Source of the DNA: Callorhinchus milii
Lineage: Eukaryota
Length of the DNA stretch: 64,000 bases
Direction: 5' to 3'
NCBI RefSeq assembly: GCF_018977255.1
Contig: NW_024704742.1
Location: forward strand, 32,304,001-32,368,000
Both the position numbers and the translations under genes were made by a program. The notes under the pieces are model-generated. The model did not search any database, was not told where the DNA came from, and saw only the letters and a list, made by a program, of their open reading frames with translations. Below, piece by piece: positions 50,171 through 62,969 of the stretch. Every line of letters starts with the position of its first letter. Within the stretch, counting starts at the first letter, position 1.

Positions 50171-51162
50171 CCAATTGATATAGAGAGATGATTTATACCT
50201 CTTCGGAAAGGTCTTGCAACTGGCAGTGACATGGGCATATTTGTTTCAGTTATCTCCTATCATTCATGAAATATTTTCAGTTTTTTGTTTTTTGTTGCAG
50301 TTTGTTGTGGCATCGTGCATATGGCAAGATAAAAGAATATGGGAGAGAATAAGGTATGTACGCACACACTGCAGTTACACCTGGTGGCCGCTCCGGCTGA
50401 CCGTGACGCTGTAGCATCCTACGTCACAGAGCATGCACATAGCCAAGTGGCGGGAGCAAAATAAAGAACACAAAGGTGAAGATACGTCGCAACAATAATA
50501 ATAAAATTACATTTTTAAAGCGCTGAGTCCTCCCAAAAGGAGTCCTCCCACAGGAGTCCTCCCAGATGAGTATAGATAAAGATGAAATGTCTGTCTGGGT
50601 GTCTGTCTGTGTGTCGATCTACATTCCATATTGGATCCTTTGGTTGCTAGTGAGCTAGTTCTATATAAAATAGATTCTGGCATGAACTGAATGTACCAGG
50701 GCAAGAGGGTTTGTGTCAATTATTCTGCCTGATTTTTCCCTGATATTTGACACAAAAAACAAATTGCTAATCTCCCTCCACCGGCCCCACAAAAAAACAG
50801 GTTTTTATTTTGTGAATGAAACTGATTTTAATGATCCTTAATTACTTTGCTTGTGACATGTCAATGGGTGCTCTTATGCTGACAAGCTCTTCAATGCTAA
50901 ATCAATCCATCCAACAGGAAGCCTTTAGATAAATAAATCAGAACGTGACAAACCACAATGCAAACTATTAGTTTTGGCTTTCAGAATTTAGCAGCAGAAA
51001 ATTAATTAATACATTTTAAAGGCGTTACATCAGGTGAAATCTGAGCAGTGTTGTTATTTGCATTTTACAACTCAGTCCTTAAATGTTCAGTTTTACTAGT
51101 ATTGTGCTTTGGGGGAGATATATTAAGCATATATATGGAGATTTATGTAATGATGCTGTCAG

Positions 51163-51795
51163 CTGTCAGCCTTGCTCAGTCGGTAGCATTCATGCCTCTG
51201 AGTCAGAAAGATGGAGGGTGGGGGGGATGGTTCAAGCACCATGTTGGACTTTGAGATCATGTTTTTGGCTGACACTCCAATGTAGTACTAGAGAAGCCTT
51301 GCATTATTGGAGGTGGTGTCCTTCTGATGAGACATAAAATCTCAGTCCCATCTGTCTGTTCAGGTGATGTTTGCCTGGCACAGTGGTAACACTCTCACCT
51401 CTGAGGCAAGAAGATTGTGGGTTCAAGCTCCACATTGGGACTTGGAATCATACAGTCTAAGCTGACACTCGAATACAGTACTAGGGGGTGGAGCGGAAGT
51501 GCTTTCTTTCAGACGAGATGTTAAACTGAGGTCCCGTCTACCTCTTCAGGTAGCCATTAAAGATCTCATGGCATTATTCGAAAGAGAAAAGAGTTTCTCC
51601 ATGTCCTGGCCAACAAATCCCCCAATTAAAATTGGTCACTCCATGGCTGTTTGTGGGACATTGCTGTGGGCAAACTTGAAGCCGCATTTCACCCACAAAA
51701 TACACAATCCACTTTACAGTAAATCCTGTGAGGCACTTGGAGACATCTTGATGACGTGATAAGCGCTATATCAAATGCAAGGATTATTATTATGA
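51163..51795 (+). mobile_element. Two tandem Deu-domain SINEs (5' half 51163-51365; full copy ~51370-51795)
   Basis: Two tRNA-like heads and two GATGAGA..TAAA..GTCC segments; one (TTA)n tail. Confidence 0.85.
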
Positions 51796-53399
51796 TAATA
51801 ATGATGATGATGATGCTAAAGGTCCCATGGCATAATTTGAAAAGAGAAGTGAATTTCTCCTAGTCTTCTGGTTAACAATCTACTAGATAACATTAACATT
51901 TGCCTACAAGTACACAGTTACTACACTTTACAGTCAATCCTATGAAGCACTTTGAGACATTTTGATGATGTGATAGCAGCTATTAGAAGTGCAACTTTTC
52001 TTTATTATATTGATGTTAAGCAAATTTTTTGCATTTTTGTGGAACATTTACTCAAAATGTATTAAATGCTTTGATAGTTTCAGTAGGAAAGAAAATCGAA
52101 TTGAAGAAAGAAATAAAACTGATTCTAGTTTGCTGATGCATGATCATTTTGGCCTACATGTTACCATACGTACTGAATCGTACACTTACATGTAGATGTC
52201 AGTGATCTGACCTTGGATAGTTGGATAATCTCAAAAGCCACTAGCTAATGATGAATTACCACTCATCGTTGAATGAGTTTTCTGTGACGCATGACTCCAC
52301 AAGTGCCGGCAGCGATGCAAGTCCACACTATTTCTCCTGAAGGCCCTTCGCATGACCTATTGAGACAATACCAATCTTCTATCCTCAACCTAGTGACCCT
52401 GCTGAAGGGAAGGGGAAACCAGTAACATAGCCGGTACCAATTTGTACTTCAATTTCTAAGACAGTATAAAAGATATTGCTTAATAATAATAATAATCCTT
52501 GCATTTGATTCACTCTGCTATGTTTACACATTCTTTATTACTTTCCTGGCCAACAATCTTTGTTACTTTATTTTACATTTTACATCTGGTCAACAATACC
52601 TCAGATAATATTGGTCATTCACTTCATGACCTGTGCACAAATTCGTAGCCACGTTCATCAACAAAACTTACACGCACAACACAACAACAGTTTGCATTTA
52701 TATAGTGCCTTTCACATGGGGTAGCATCTTGGGATGCCATCAATACATCTCAAAGGGCTTCACAGGAATTACACACCGCATTTCCTGTGAAGCCCTTTGA
52801 GATGTCCTGGAGGCCTAACTATATTGTTATTGCTTTTAAGGCAGATTAATGAACAACAGTGGAATGATCTGAAATCAATACATTATTTGAATTTACTAGT
52901 GTATGATTATGCTAATTAGATGCTATTGTGTTAACAACTTATGATTTGTTATTTTGGATACCAGTAGATGTCAGTTCTGTTCTGTAGTTTATGTAATCCT
53001 GAATGGGATTAGATTTTACCTCCTACATCCCTATCCCCTTCTCCAAACCCTCCACTATCTACTTCTGTCCCTGGAGAAAACTCCCCTTCTAGTCTTATCT
53101 TGCCTCACTTTTCTGTTTGTCTTCTCTTCTAAGCAAACTCAGGCCTTCTGTGTGTCTCTTGCCTCCTCCACCCCATTATTGGTGAACGAGGTTTTCAACA
53201 CTATGCTTCCATCGTGTGAAAGTCCCTCCCTCAAACTCTCCACTTGACCCCCCGTCCCCCATCACCTCCTCTCTATCTGTCTTCAAAAGTTAGAAAAAAC
53301 TATCTCACCATTCATACCTATAGCCACCTCCATCTTCCCCCACTCTGCTACTTGGTGTTCACCACCCCCTCTGTAAAGCACTCTGAGCTCTTACTCTAT

Positions 53400-54262
53400 A
53401 TGAACAACAAGTCCGGCGAACAGGGAGTTAGCGCAGTGCCCGGTGCCTTCAGTGGCCTACGCCTGTGAGTTGAGGGAGCAGAAGTAGCTGGTGTATCAGG
53501 GGGTGTTGCGAGAGTCGAAGGTTTTGCAGGAGGTGACGAGGGTAAGGGTGTCGAGGATTACAGAGAGGGAGTTGTGGAGGAGAGTGACCGAGGAGAACAG
53601 GTCATTAGATGAGGAGGACCAGAGGGGCAGGAGTTCAGATGACTCCAGGGCAGTGGAGAGGGTGTGGAGGGAGATTTTTTCCAGGGGCGATAGGAGATAG
53701 AAGTGGGTTGGGCAGCAGGGAGGAGGATTGAGCAGTTAAGGGAGATGGCTTTACCAGTGATGGTGATGTCCGAGACGATGATACCCCAGGTAATCACCAA
53801 GTCGAGGGGCTGGCCATCGATGTGAGTGGGCAGAATTAATGTGGAAGGAGAGATAGTGGGAAAGATGATGGCGGAGAAGTCAGTGGAGGTGGAGCAAGAA
53901 AGAGTGAAGTGCAGGTTAAAGATGAGGAGGCATTCAGAACAGAGGGAAGGTAGGACAGTAGAGATGTCGGAAAAGAAAGTATTGGAGGGTTTGGGGGATG
54001 ATAAATGATGAGAATTTTAAGGGAAACATTGGAGGGATGGTAAAGATTGAGGTGCTCGGAGGAGGAGAAGGATCCGGAAGAGTAAGGAGTGAGGACCTGG
54101 AGATGAGAGCCACACCACCATGGCAGCGATTGGGTACGATGGAACGTGTAACACCAATTTGCATTTGTATAGCGCCCTCCACACAGGGTAGTGTCTCAAA
54201 GTGCTTTAACCAGGTGGTGAGAGGGAAGGTGTCACCCTGGAGTGAATAATGTTTCAGTGAAG
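53400..54262 (-). mobile_element. L2 ORF2 apurinic-endonuclease domain fragment (decayed), with a short L2 tail inserted at ~54154-54207
   Basis: Minus strand encodes TET...GDTFPL, HGGVALI and PTHIDGQPLDLVIT (APE motifs). Confidence 0.8.
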
Positions 54263-56259
54263 GGTGCTATATAAATGCAAGTTGTTGTTGTTACCTGGGT
54301 ACAATTAGGATCAAATTTTCTGCCCTTCTAGTCGGTCCTTCTCACAAAGATACGAATATTTGAATTCTTATTTTGTGGAAGCAGGAAATGACTCGTGGCA
54401 CTCATCCATCTTAAAACATTCCTCTTGAACAGGCAATGTTTCACAATTTAATTGACACTTGAGCTCCCTTGAATTCAGGAAGTAACTGATGGAGTGCTGA
54501 GGGGTTTAGAAGTACTGTTTTTCAAAGGCTCCACACCAAGGTTTTACACCAAGATTTCATCTGCCTGTTCAGGTTGTCATTAAAGTTGGTAGGACTCTTG
54601 CCTCAAGCCCCATATTACAATTTTAATCTTATATAGTCTAAAATGACATTCCAATGCAGTCCTGGGGTGAACTGCGTTCTTGGATGTTCTCCCGATGTGA
54701 AAGGCGCTATATAAATGTAATTTTGTATTGTATTGCATTGGAGGTGTTATCATTTAGGTGAGACATAAAGCCAAGGAACAATTCATAAGATCCCTTGGTA
54801 TTTTACAAAAAGGAGAAGAGGGTTTCTCCCTATGCCAACGACCTCCAGATAAAATTGTTCATCGACCGTTTGTAGTCTGTCTGTCTGTAGGATTTTGCTT
54901 TGTGCAGACTGATTGCCAAGTTCGCTTACAAAATACCCAGTCTCTGCATTTTGCAGAATATCCTGTGAAGCACTTTGGACATCCTTCCAAAGTGAAGGAC
55001 CCTATACTAAATCCAAGGATTATTATTTTTATAAAGATCCCATAACACAAAAACAAGGAAAGCTAGATAATAGTTTCTTATTATATCAATCCTTGCATTT
55101 GATATAGGGTCACATTGTTTGATATCACATCGTTGAGATGTCTCAAACCGCGACACAGAATATACTGTAAAGTAAATCAACTCTATTTTGTGGGTGAAAC
55201 GTAGCAGCCAATAATGCACAGCAGTGTCCCACAAACAGTTGTGGATTGAGTGACCACATTATTATTATTTTTTAATTATTATTTTATTCACTCTGGTTCC
55301 TCCATGGAATTTGTTTAAAATTGTTAAATTATATCAGTTCTTGATATGTTCCAATTTCTCAAGTTCACATTTATTATGCCCCTAAACAAAACTAATGTGT
55401 CAACAAATTAAATTTCTTCCTTAATCGAACAGTTTCATGGCAACAAATCGGTGTCGTAAAATAAGCAAAATAAATATGAAGTTAATACCATTAAATCAGA
55501 CAGAAAGCTTCACAGGGGTACAGAGGTTGTGGTCTGGTCCAAAATAATCTCAGCAGTGATAAAAGCTATATTAGTTTACTGGCGAATTAACTGCTGATTG
55601 ATCTTTAAGTAGTAGGACAAGAGCAAATTAAATTCTAAATTGAATTGCAAAGGGAGGGAACAGTATTGGAATGACTTTATGAATTCCTTGTCTTGTGGAT
55701 TTAATTTTAAAGAGCAAAATAATGTACAGTGTGACCTTGCAAGTTCCCTATCTAATACAATGAGTGTGATTTAATAACTATTATACTTGATTTATATTTA
55801 ATTGCCAGAAAGAGGACCAGGGTTTGTGACACCAACCAATGCTTTGAAATCTGCTTCATCATCGTTCAGATGTTTGAGACAAGAAGAATGATTATCTCTA
55901 AAAGGACAGCTGTAACGTTTGTAGTTTATGGAATATTTGCAGCATTTAATATTTATATTGGAGTTTAGAATTCCATTTTCCCCTAAGACTGTAAGATATT
56001 CGCTGAGCTCGCTGCAGGAACAGCAATCTAAAATCACATTTGTAGATGACTTGCCAAGGGATCGGTCGCAGACCTGTAGGGAAGGAAAGTGATTGATTAT
56101 CAATCTTCTGTTTTGGAATAAAAAGAGAAATCTAATTATTTCCACAGTGAGCTGGTTATACTGTTCATTGATGTTATATATTCTAACCCCCTCTCTAAAC
56201 TGAAGTTATCCTGTGGTAACCTTGGGTCCATGGTGACGTGTGTTAATGTCTCATCCATA

Positions 56260-56590
56260 GGCCGACACTCCAGATAATACTGGGAGGGAAGAGGGGTGTA
56301 TTATTGCAGCTGCTGTTCTTTGGATGAGACATTAAAACCAAAGGCCTTTCTGCCTGTTCAGGTGGACATTAAAGATCCTATGGCACTACTTAAAAAGAGA
56401 AGGGAATTTGTCCCAGTGCCTTGCCCAACAATCCCCCAGATAACATTGGTCATTCACTTCATTGGTTGTTTGTGGGAGATTTCTATTTGCAATTGGCTGC
56501 CCCAATCTACAAAAAATGCAGTCAGTATACATTATTGTAAAATCTGTGAACCGCTTTGAGATGTCTTCCTGATGTGAAAAGCACTATATT
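56260..56590 (+). mobile_element. Deu-domain SINE, 5'-truncated
   Basis: GGATGAGACATTAAAACC...CAGGTGGACATTAAAGATCCTATGGCACTA. Confidence 0.82.
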
Positions 56591-56632
56591 ATTATTTAAT
56601 ACATTTTCATTAAGAATGGACCTAAAATTCTT

Positions 56633-57010
56633 GTAGTCCTGTAGCTAAGTACTCTAACTAAGTGGTTAGAACACTTGCCTTGCAAGCAAAAGACCTGGAT
56701 TAGATTCCTGGCAGGGTGAAACATTGGGCAAGTTTCCTTACTCCACACGCCTCTGTTTACCAAGCAGTAAATAGGAACCCGGTTGTTTGTCGGTTGGTGG
56801 ATCGCTTTTCCAGGAGTAAGAGTTCCTTCAAAAAAAAATAATCAAAATAAATTGGTCACTCAATCCACGACTGTTTCTGGGACACTGCTGTGCTCAATTG
56901 GCTGCCGCATTTCGCCCACAAAATATGCACTCAAGTCAATTTACAGTATATTCTTTGAGACATCTTGATGATGTGGAAAGGCACTATATCAAATGCGAGT
57001 CATATGATTA
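56633..57010 (+). mobile_element. CORE-like/Deu hybrid SINE, long variant, full length
   Basis: AGTCCTGTAGCT...TTGGGCAAGTTTCCTTACTCCACACGCCTCTGTTTACCAAGCAGTAAATAGG...GGCACTATATCAAATGC. Confidence 0.88.
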
Positions 57011-58537
57011 TTAAATACAATACAACAACAACTTGCATTTATATAGCACCTCTCACGCAGAGTAGCATCTCAGAGCTCTTATACAAGTTATATTTATGTA
57101 GCGCCTTTCATGTTGGGAAAGCATGTAGTCTCTGTGACGTTCAAGTTCCCTCTCTATGTGAGACTTCACTATGTGAGAATTAACACAATGTCAGGTGGTC
57201 CCAATGCTTTATAGCGTAACAATGCGAGGCGTCAATCAATGTCTTTCGTCCTCCCAAACAGCTGACATCAGCTGCTTGTGTTTCTCCTTTCCTCCAGAAT
57301 TTAACAGATGCGATGGCACTTTTTAGAAAACACAGTATTTTATTGGTCCTTATAAGCACCATACCTTTTCCACCAATTTTTGTTGCAACACTCACCCAGG
57401 TCACAGACTTTGTGTCTCGAATGCAATACCACTTTAAGTCGTATTTTCGGTGCCGGGATTATAATTGCGCTTAACTCGAAGTGGCTTATTTTGACACAAA
57501 CTCTCTATACACAGACTATCTACAGCAAATATCATTAGAACAAGGTAGGGTACTAATAAAAACAAGGTGTCCATGACAGGGTGAGAGTTGAGTGTGGCGA
57601 GGAGGGGAAAGATAACCGAAAACGCGGTCAAAGAGGTATGTCTTGAGACTTGCCTTAAATGAGGGGAGGGGGTGAGAAAGTCAGAGGGACTCCAGGATGG
57701 AGTTCCAGAAAGTGGGGGCAGAATGGTTGAATGCCTGCCCTCCAATGACGTTTGAGAATTTAGTTAACTAAAGAAAGGTGTTGCATAAATGTTTCTGGGG
57801 TGAAACGAAGATTCAAACAATCAGCTGTGTCTATTCTTTGTTAAAAATGTGAATTGAGGAGCAGTACTACAAAAATTGCATGAGTCATATGCTTCCATCA
57901 GTAGTTCTAACAGCCTGTATGGAACTTAAAAGGTTTCTGAAAAAATTTAATGATTTGCTGCTTGAACAATTCTTATTGATAATCCAGGTAATTATCCTCC
58001 TAGTATTTTAGAAGCATTTGAAGCATTTGAATGTGGTATGTAACCCTATTCTAGTCAGTCTGGGTGTCTGGGGAGCGCTGACGCAATAATAGCATGACAG
58101 CAACAAAGACTTCCAAGGCATATTAAATTCTAATATTGTCTACAATGGGATCAATCTGATAATAAAGTTGTGGTCTTCACATTTTATTTATTGACTTTTT
58201 TGTGGTTATATTTGTTTTATAGTAATAACAATATCATAATATTGGTATTTGATGTAGTACTGTATCACATCAGAATGTCTCAAAGCATTTCACAGAGTTT
58301 TGTAAAGCGCAATCAACATCAGCATCATCATAGCTTGTTGCTCCAAAACCGCAACCATAAAGTTAGTAAGTATACATGCTCTACATGGAAAATCCTACCT
58401 GGAACAGTGGTTGAAGCAGATAAGTTGGTCAGTAGCAATCCATCTTATTCTAATGGCCAATTACCTAATTTCACTCTTCAATGAGAATTGGAGAGTAGAC
58501 ATATTTTTATTATTACTCTGAGCCAGAGTCCCAGAGT

Positions 58538-58955
58538 AATAATAAAATAATTCTTGCATTTAATACGTTGCTTCTCATGTCGTTGAAACAACTCAAAGTA
58601 CTTTGCAGGACTCACTGTAAGTGTAGTGACTGTATATTTTGCAAAAGTTAATTTATACATAGCACTATCCCCAAAACAGCTATGGAGTGAATGACCAATT
58701 TTATTTTGGGAATTGTTGGCCAGTACATCAAGAAAAACTCCCTTCTCTTTTCAACTATCCCTATGGGTTTTTTAACGTTCACCTAAACAGACAGACGGGA
58801 CCTCAATTTAATATTTCATCTACCAGTGCAGCACTTCCCCAGCACTGCAGTGGAGTGTCAGCCTAAACTATGAGCTTAAAGTCCCGACATGGTGCTTGAA
58901 CCCACAGCCTTCTGATTCAGAGGTGAGAGTGTTACCAACCGAGCAGGCTGACACT
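58538..58955 (-). mobile_element. Deu-domain SINE, full length
   Basis: Head TTGAACCCACAGCCTTCTGATTCAGAGGTGAGAGTGTTACCAAC on +, body and tail. Confidence 0.86.
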
Positions 58956-60129
58956 CAATGATGTGTGGTTCTTATAACTAGCACATGAAGGAGAAGGTGT
59001 GGGGTGCAGGAGATCACCTTCATGTTCTTTTGGTTGGACTGTGGCATACAGGGAGTAATCCGTAAGAATTTTATTTACTGATCTAACCTAGGAAACAAAA
59101 TGCCCATTACTAATCATTCTGCTCACAACTGCAAAAACGTCGAATGTGGAATAATATTTACATGGCGGGAAATGAATAAGAACTGGAAGGTGTAAATCTA
59201 AGAGTGATTATGTGGCAGTGTAAATGGCAAGTTTATAAAGTGTAAATGCAAAACTAGAGAAGTTTTTAACTGCCATCTGAACCCTAAGATTGAATTACTG
59301 GCTTGAAATACCCTGAGGGAATCTGTCAGCTATTTGAGTACATTCTGTGAATGTTATTAGATGGCTTCATTCAGTGTTAAAGTAGCTTTTCAATGGTTCC
59401 TGTATATGACAGCTGCTTGTGTGGTCTGCGCCATTGGTGTGTGAAGCTCACACTGAAGGATTAATTGTTAATTTGCAGTTTGCTCCAGTTTTTTGTCTCC
59501 AGATTACTGGAGAGGGGAAAAGAAAAAATGATCAGCTGGGTATCTCATATCTATCATTCTGTTTTGTAGTTTGTTCAAAAAAGATACGCAATCGTATTTT
59601 CAAAGAAACATTTTTTTAATTAATCATGGATTTAAAAAAAAGGAAAAAACAGCCTTGTTATTGCAGATCTCAGACTGGATATGGGGAGGTGACTGCTCAC
59701 ATGGAACAGAGTTCAGTGAAGCCCATCTGATCTATGTGGAATTTACTAACATGTTTAAGGTGCAAGGCCTTTGATGTACCTTTGTGCTCATCGTTCTGAT
59801 TGGCTTTGCTGAACCAGAAGCACAGCTATTTTTGATGAAATGCCATTGCTTTGCAGCATTTTCATCTGATCTTCACAGGAAGTTGAGTCACTCTCCTGTG
59901 AAGAATCAAAAGTTCAGACGTGCTCTTTTAATGTTTGCTGATCTTTATTTTCCCCCGGCCTGCTGCAGCTTAACACATTGTTCCCCAGGCTAGAATTTAT
60001 ATCAGCAATTTACAATTCACTATCTCTAGAACAAGACTTTTTTTTATCATTTTATCATTTATGACTGAACGTTAGTGGTGGCTGGTGACCTTTTTGGCTG
60101 CTGAGGCAATCAATGAGTTTGCCTACCTA

Positions 60130-61226
60130 AGCTACCTTGTTCCCATAGCAATGGGCCCTTCGCACACGCACAATGTCTTTGGTCACCAATCACACTTTTC
60201 AGCTCTCACCCAGTCCCGCTCACCAGTACCACTGGTCCCATGTTAGGTCTGGCTCCCTCACTGGGCCTGTTTTCCCGCATTCTTAGCTCCCACGCTGGTC
60301 TCTCAATGCTCAATGTGAGATCCTCCTTGCTCCTCTACTCACAGACATCATAAACCTCTCCCTGTCCATGGTACCATTCCCAACCCTTTAAAAATGGCCA
60401 TCATCACTCCTATCATTAAAGAACCCTACCTGGACCCATTCCTGCTCTCAAACTACCTCCCCATCTCCAACCTTCCTTTTCTCTCCGAGGTCCTGGAATG
60501 AGTCGTTGCTTCCCAGCTTCGCTCCTTCCTCTCCCGCCACTCCCTTCACAAACCATTCCAATCGGGTTTCCGTGCTGCCTACAGGACAGAAACAGCCCTG
60601 GTCAAAGTGACAAATGACATTCTGTCCATCTGCGACGAGGGCTCCCTCTGCCTTTTTGTCCTCCTTGACGTCTCTGCTGTCTTCAACACCGTTGAGCACT
60701 AGATCCTCATTCGTCGCCTCTCCTCTCACCTCACCTCAACCTTCATGGTTCTGTTCTTGAATGGTTCAGTTTGTACCTCTCACACCGCCTCCACTTCATC
60801 TCCACAAACCATGTCTCCTCTAGCCCCCGCACCATCTCGTGTGGCGTTCCTCAGGGCTCTGTCCTTGGTCCCCTCCTCTTCAATATCTATATGCTCCCTC
60901 TTGGTGACATCATCCGCAGAAATGGGGTCAACTTCCACATGTATGTGGATGACACCCAACTGTACCTCTCTGCCTCCACCCTTGACTCCAGGACCACTGC
61001 TGTCCTGACAGAATGTCTGTCAGACATCAAGTCCTGGATGAGAGCTAACTTTCTTCAGTTGAATGTCAACAAGACCGAGGCTCTCCTGATTGGCTCCATT
61101 CAGCCCCTCCTCACCTCATGCGCTGACAGCATCACCATCCATGGATGCACACTGCACCTTACTAAGCCGGTCCAGAACCTTGGCATCCTGTTTGACCCTC
61201 ACCTATCCTTTCTACCCCACATCTTT
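60130..61226 (+). mobile_element. L2 (subfamily B) ORF2 RT fragment with premature stops
   Basis: CGVPQGSVLGPLLFNIYMLPLGDIIRRNGVNFHMYVDDTQLYLS...NLGILFDPHLSF (ORF 60771-61370). Confidence 0.95.
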
Positions 61227-61244
61227 TCCTTTCTACTCCACATC

Positions 61245-61460
61245 TTTAGACTGGACTTGAAGCGGGTAAGAAAGGGGATGAGGGACTGCAGGATAGAGTT
61301 CCAGAGTGTGGGGGCCGAGTTGCTGAATGCCCGACCACCGATGGTGGGGTGGGAAGTGCGGGTGACCTGAAGCAGACCGGGGTCCACCGAGTGGTGGGAG
61401 CAAACAGGCTGATATGGGGTTAGGCGGTCGGAGAGTTGAGGCAAGTGAGGTAATGTCTCA
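61245..61460 (-). mobile_element. L2 ORF2 C-terminal fragment, inverted relative to its neighbour, tail missing
   Basis: TIGGRAFSNSAPTLWNSI...FKSSLK. Confidence 0.88.
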
Positions 61461-62969
61461 CCTGCTGAGCTGTAACTGCTTTACATGTCTGTGTTATTCT
61501 TATGGGTAGAGTTGAATTCATAAGAGCACAATGGAAGAAGGAAATATTTGTTGAGCTGTAATGTACCATAGTTTGAAATGGCAGCAGTTCCAATAGAAGA
61601 GCAAACTGGACCCAAGCTGTGCAGGAAACACACCCCAAGAACTGACCAAACAACAATTTACATTTATACAATGGTTAAATGTACCACAGTATAAGGGGTG
61701 AAATTACTCTCAGTTTAAAAACTAGATTTTGAATAATAATACTTGAATTTTATAATAATAATAGTAATAATAATATATTAGCATCTTTCACACCAGGAGG
61801 ATGTTTCAAAGTGCTTCACAGGATTTTTTGTAAAGTGTATTGAACGAGGTAACCAATATGCACGCAGCAATGTTCCGCAAACAGCCATGAAGTGAATGAT
61901 TTTGCGAAGCAAGTCAAACATATTGATTATTAACACCAGGACGTTGAAAAAAATAACATTGAAAAAAATAGGAGTCTTTCTAAAGGTCCAGCAAACCAAA
62001 TGCAGTATGAACAAATTGTAACGCTTGTATGTCAGTCTTTCAGTGCTGTTTTTTAACACGAGTTGTCATATTTATTTACTGTATCTCAAAGTATGCTGAC
62101 TCCATATCTATAGGTTTGTGTGGAGGTATCTATGGGTATCTGTCTGGAGCTATAGATTATTTTTGTAATTAACAAAACTAAGTTTTGAATGCTGCCCTGT
62201 GGGAGGGGCGCTATATAAATGCAATTTGTTGTCGAATGCAGAAGATTTCTCACTGTTTTAATCATGATATCAATTGTTATTAACACTTACATTTTGAGCG
62301 CTGAATGGCAGTTTTATTATTTTGAGTTCAATAAAGAAAGAATGGACGTCCTCCCGATGTGAAAGAGGCTAAACAAATGTAAGTTGAGTTGTTGTTGAAT
62401 TCATTCATTTAACATTAAGAACACAATTTGTTTAAATGTGTTTAAAAGTTGGTGAAGCAAGATACTCTCCTAGTCCTGCCCTTCGATACTGTTTTAAACA
62501 ATTGTTCAATTATCGTTTAATAGAACAGCAATATTTTGATTCTGTCAGAAATGTGGCCTTATCCAAGCTCCTGCCAAACTGAGTCACGTTGAGACCTTGT
62601 GTATCTTTAGAAAGTGTTGTTGTTCAGAAGAGACATTGACTCATTATATATTAATGCTTCAGTATGAGTCATTTCTGGAATTAACTTAACACGACTGCAG
62701 TTTTCTGCAGTCCACAGCCTTTTATAGCAGCTGCAGGAGTTTATAACACAATACAAAACAAATTTATATTTATATAACATCTTTCACAACAGGAGATTGT
62801 CTCAAATGGTAAAAAGTGTCACCCGGACACACGCACAACATACACACAGCAATGACACAAGGAAATGTTTTTNAGAATGGAGGAATCATAATTCTTGCAA
62901 TTGATTTAGTGCTTTATAGAAACATCTCAAACTGCTTCATAGGATTTGCTGGAAAGTCTAGTGACTCTT

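Noticed and set aside
50525..50565. CRISPR-like or functional repeat (GAGTCCTCCCA x3; also ACATTGAAC x3 at ~5669-5698)
   Set aside because: Simple short tandem duplications without spacers, in vertebrate DNA
51322..51350. Additional hammerhead core (CTGATGA...)
   Set aside because: Variant of the Deu SINE GGATGAGAC motif; no stem II/GAAA arrangement
60771..61370. Active reverse transcriptase gene
   Set aside because: Fragment only; upstream stops and frameshifts, YVDD in place of the YADD seen at ~12015, and the C-terminus runs into an inverted fragment
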